Position numbers and translations under genes: made by a program. The notes beneath the pieces were generated by a model. It searched no databases. It saw nothing but the letters and a program-made list of their open reading frames with translations, and was not told the origin of the DNA. From assembly GCA_041309505.1 (NCBI GenBank), contig JBFYZM010000195.1, positions 1 to 44,587 of the forward strand: DNA of 44,587 nucleotides. Reading direction: 5' to 3'. The stretch is from Candidatus Krumholzibacteriota bacterium (GTDB lineage Bacteria > Krumholzibacteriota > Krumholzibacteriia > Krumholzibacteriales > Krumholzibacteriaceae). Below are positions 42,756 through 44,587 of this stretch, one piece after another. Within the stretch, counting starts at the first letter, position 1. Every line of letters starts with the position of its first letter.

Positions 42756-44587
42756 ATGAAACGGTTCTCGGTAGTGTTTTGTCTCGTCTGCTTCGGTGTG
42801 CTGTGCCTGGGCACAGGCGCCGTGCGCGGGGAGGCTACCGGATCCATCGTGGGATGGGGCACTCGGGTCCTCCCGGAAAAGTCAGCGCTTGAAAATCTTG
42901 TCGCGATCGACGCGGGCAGTCACGTCGTAGGTCTGAAGTCCAACGGGACAATCGTGGCCTGGGGACGAAACGACTATGGGCAGTGTGACATCCCCATTCC
43001 GAATGCCGACTTCGTAGCTATATCCGTGGGGGGAGAGCACAGTCTGGCATTGAGGTCTAACGGGACAATCAAGGCCTGGGGGCGGAATAATGATCGTCAG
43101 TGCATCGTCCCTGCGCCGAATGCTGACTTCGTGGCGATGTCCGCGGGCGGTTATCACAACCTTGGTTTGAAGTCCGATGGGACGATCGTCGCTTGGGGAG
43201 ACAGCACCCACGGTCAATGCGACGTCCCCGCGCCGAATGCTGACTTTATTGTGGTCGAGGCGGGGGCCAATTTCAGCATCGGTATCAAGTCTGATAGCAC
43301 GATCGTGGCCTGGGGGGATAACAGCGGAGGCCTGTGCGATCCCCCGTGGCCGAACTCAGATATTGTGGCGGTCGCCGCAGGTTATAGTCATTACCTGCGC
43401 CTTAAATCCGACGGGACAATCTATGCCCGGGGATCCAACTACTATGGCCAATGCAACGTCCCCACGCCGAATGCCGATTTCGTGGCGGTCGCCGCGGGCG
43501 GCTATCACAGCCTGGGACTGAAGTCAGACGGGACGATCGTCGCCTGGGGGCATAATGGCTTTGGCCAGTGCACTGTCCCCGCGCCGAACGCCGATTTCGT
43601 GGCGGTCGCCGCGAACCAATATCACAGCATAGGTTTCAAATCCGATGGAACGATTATCATGTGGGGGACAGAGAACTACTGGGGGCAGCAGGTCGTACAA
43701 TCAAATGTTGACTTTGTTGCGGTCGCCGCGGGCTATGCTCACACCCTGGGTCTCCAATATGATGAAACTATCGTCGCCTGGGGGGCCACGGCCGAAGGTC
43801 AGTGCGACATCCCCGCGCCCAACGCTGACTTTGTGGGTGTCGCTGGCGGTCATGCTCACAGCTTGGGTCTCAAATCCGATGGGACAATTGTTGCCTGGGG
43901 AGATAGCAGCTACGGCCAGTGCGACGCCCCCGAGCCCAACACCGACTTCATGGCGGTCGCAGCAGGCTGGAATCACAGTCTCGGTTTGAAATCCGACGGG
44001 ACAATCGTAACTTGGGGGGACAACACCTATGGCCAATGCAATGTCCCTGCGCCGAATGCCGGCTTCGTGGCGATAGCCGCAGGCTCGGGAAGCTATGGGT
44101 TCAGCCTAGGTTTGAAGTCCGACGGGACGATCGTCGCCTGGGGGCATAATGGCTTTGGCCAGTGCACTGTCCCCGCGCCGAACGCCGATTTCGTGGCGGT
44201 CGCCGCGGGCGGCTATCACAGCCTGGGAGTGAAGTCCGACGGGACGATCGCCGCCTGGGGGCACAATTATTCTGGCCAGTGCGCTGTCCCCGCGCCAAAT
44301 GCCGACTTTGTGGCCGCCGCTGGGGGCTCTTATCACAGCCTGGGTCTCAAGTCCGATGGAACGATAGTGGCCTGGGGGGAAAACTACTACGGTCAGTGCG
44401 ACGTCCTAGAACCAAACACAGACTTCGTGGCGATCGCCGCGAACCAATATCACAGCATAGGTTTGAAAAGCTCAGATGCGATCCCCGGGGGGGTATGGAA
44501 CACCAACGACAGCGGAGTAGGTTCGCTACGCCAGGCGATCATCAACGCCAATGCTGCCCCTGACACGAGCCTGATCGCGTTCGCCAT
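42756..44587 (+). CDS. Secreted RCC1-like beta-propeller repeat protein (about 14 blades of 39 aa), 3' end cut by window edge
   Basis: It is not in the ORF track because no stop occurs before the window end. I translated it by hand: AAGGAGGGGG RBS, ATG 42756, signal peptide MKRFSVVFCLVCFGVLCLGTGAVRG. Then come 13 full blades plus 1 partial blade of consensus VAVAAGxxHSLGLKSDGTIVAWGxNxxGQCxVPAPNADF, with no stop through 44587. The last residues (GSLRQAIINANAAPDTSLIAF) look like the start of a CSLREA-type/beta-helix region. Confidence 0.85.
   Translation, partial: MKRFSVVFCLVCFGVLCLGTGAVRGEATGSIVGWGTRVLPEKSALENLVAIDAGSHVVGLKSNGTIVAWGRNDYGQCDIPIPNADFVAISVGGEHSLALRSNGTIKAWGRNNDRQCIVPAPNADFVAMSAGGYHNLGLKSDGTIVAWGDSTHGQCDVPAPNADFIVVEAGANFSIGIKSDSTIVAWGDNSGGLCDPPWPNSDIVAVAAGYSHYLRLKSDGTIYARGSNYYGQCNVPTPNADFVAVAAGGYHSLGLKSDGTIVAWGHNGFGQCTVPAPNADFVAVAANQYHSIGFKSDGTIIMWGTENYWGQQVVQSNVDFVAVAAGYAHTLGLQYDETIVAWGATAEGQCDIPAPNADFVGVAGGHAHSLGLKSDGTIVAWGDSSYGQCDAPEPNTDFMAVAAGWNHSLGLKSDGTIVTWGDNTYGQCNVPAPNAGFVAIAAGSGSYGFSLGLKSDGTIVAWGHNGFGQCTVPAPNADFVAVAAGGYHSLGVKSDGTIAAWGHNYSGQCAVPAPNADFVAAAGGSYHSLGLKSDGTIVAWGENYYGQCDVLEPNTDFVAIAANQYHSIGLKSSDAIPGGVWNTNDSGVGSLRQAIINANAAPDTSLIAFA
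43527..43613 (+). repeat. 87-nt exact intragenic repeat, copy 1
   Basis: Identical base-for-base to 44121-44207 (GACGGGACGATCGTCGCCTGGGGGCATAATGGCTTTGGCCAGTGCACTGTCCCCGCGCCGAACGCCGATTTCGTGGCGGTCGCCGCG). Confidence 0.95.
44121..44207 (+). repeat. 87-nt exact intragenic repeat, copy 2
   Basis: Identical to 43527-43613, at an offset of 594 nt. A further 45-nt exact match links 43473-43517 with 44184-44228. Confidence 0.95.

Noticed and set aside
43177-44563. Several 60-130-aa ORFs on both strands inside the repeat region
   Set aside because: These are alternative-frame or antisense readings of the 117-nt RCC1-like coding repeats. Frame 3 of the plus strand is open throughout and gives the conserved blade consensus.

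Overview
GC-rich (about two-thirds G+C by eye) chromosomal segment from a Gram-negative-type bacterium, probably an uncultivated FCB-group or candidate-phylum lineage. The lineage guess rests on two secreted peptidases that carry the 'NYPNPFNPST' T9SS/FlgD-Ig-like C-terminal tail. I support about 34 protein genes and one tmRNA. From left to right the window holds the following. (1) Secreted peptidases (M28 partial, S8 with 2 PKD domains, M14), a SAM methyltransferase, an RRM RNA-binding protein, MscS, and a GT2 plus CE4 deacetylase pair. (2) An OPT oligopeptide transporter interrupted by a 1-nt frameshift, followed by tandem intergenic repeats. (3) A long minus-strand gene string: GH2 beta-mannosidase, GH92 alpha-mannosidase, an SSS symporter, three tiny membrane ORFs, GT4 and PlsC. 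(4) A 4Fe-4S protein. (5) A predicted c-di-GMP-gated (tandem PilZ) GT2 synthase with a GT-C membrane glycosyltransferase and a mini beta-barrel. (6) A flavin-reductase-like protein with a signal peptide and an S9 peptidase with an extra C-terminal domain. (7) A duplicated membrane module plus a spermidine-synthase-like fusion. (8) An S1 protease lipoprotein next to a free-standing copy of its own pro-region. (9) ssrA (tmRNA), which the ORF track cannot show, and a DUF4143 AAA ATPase. (10) The most interesting module: an exported TPR-CHAT caspase-like protease in an operon with an ECF sigma and a zinc-finger anti-sigma, transcribed divergently from a secreted 14-blade RCC1-like repeat protein. 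That repeat protein is absent from the ORF track because it runs off the window. Many long ORFs in the track are antisense artefacts of the high GC content. All family assignments come from motif recognition by eye; no searches were run.
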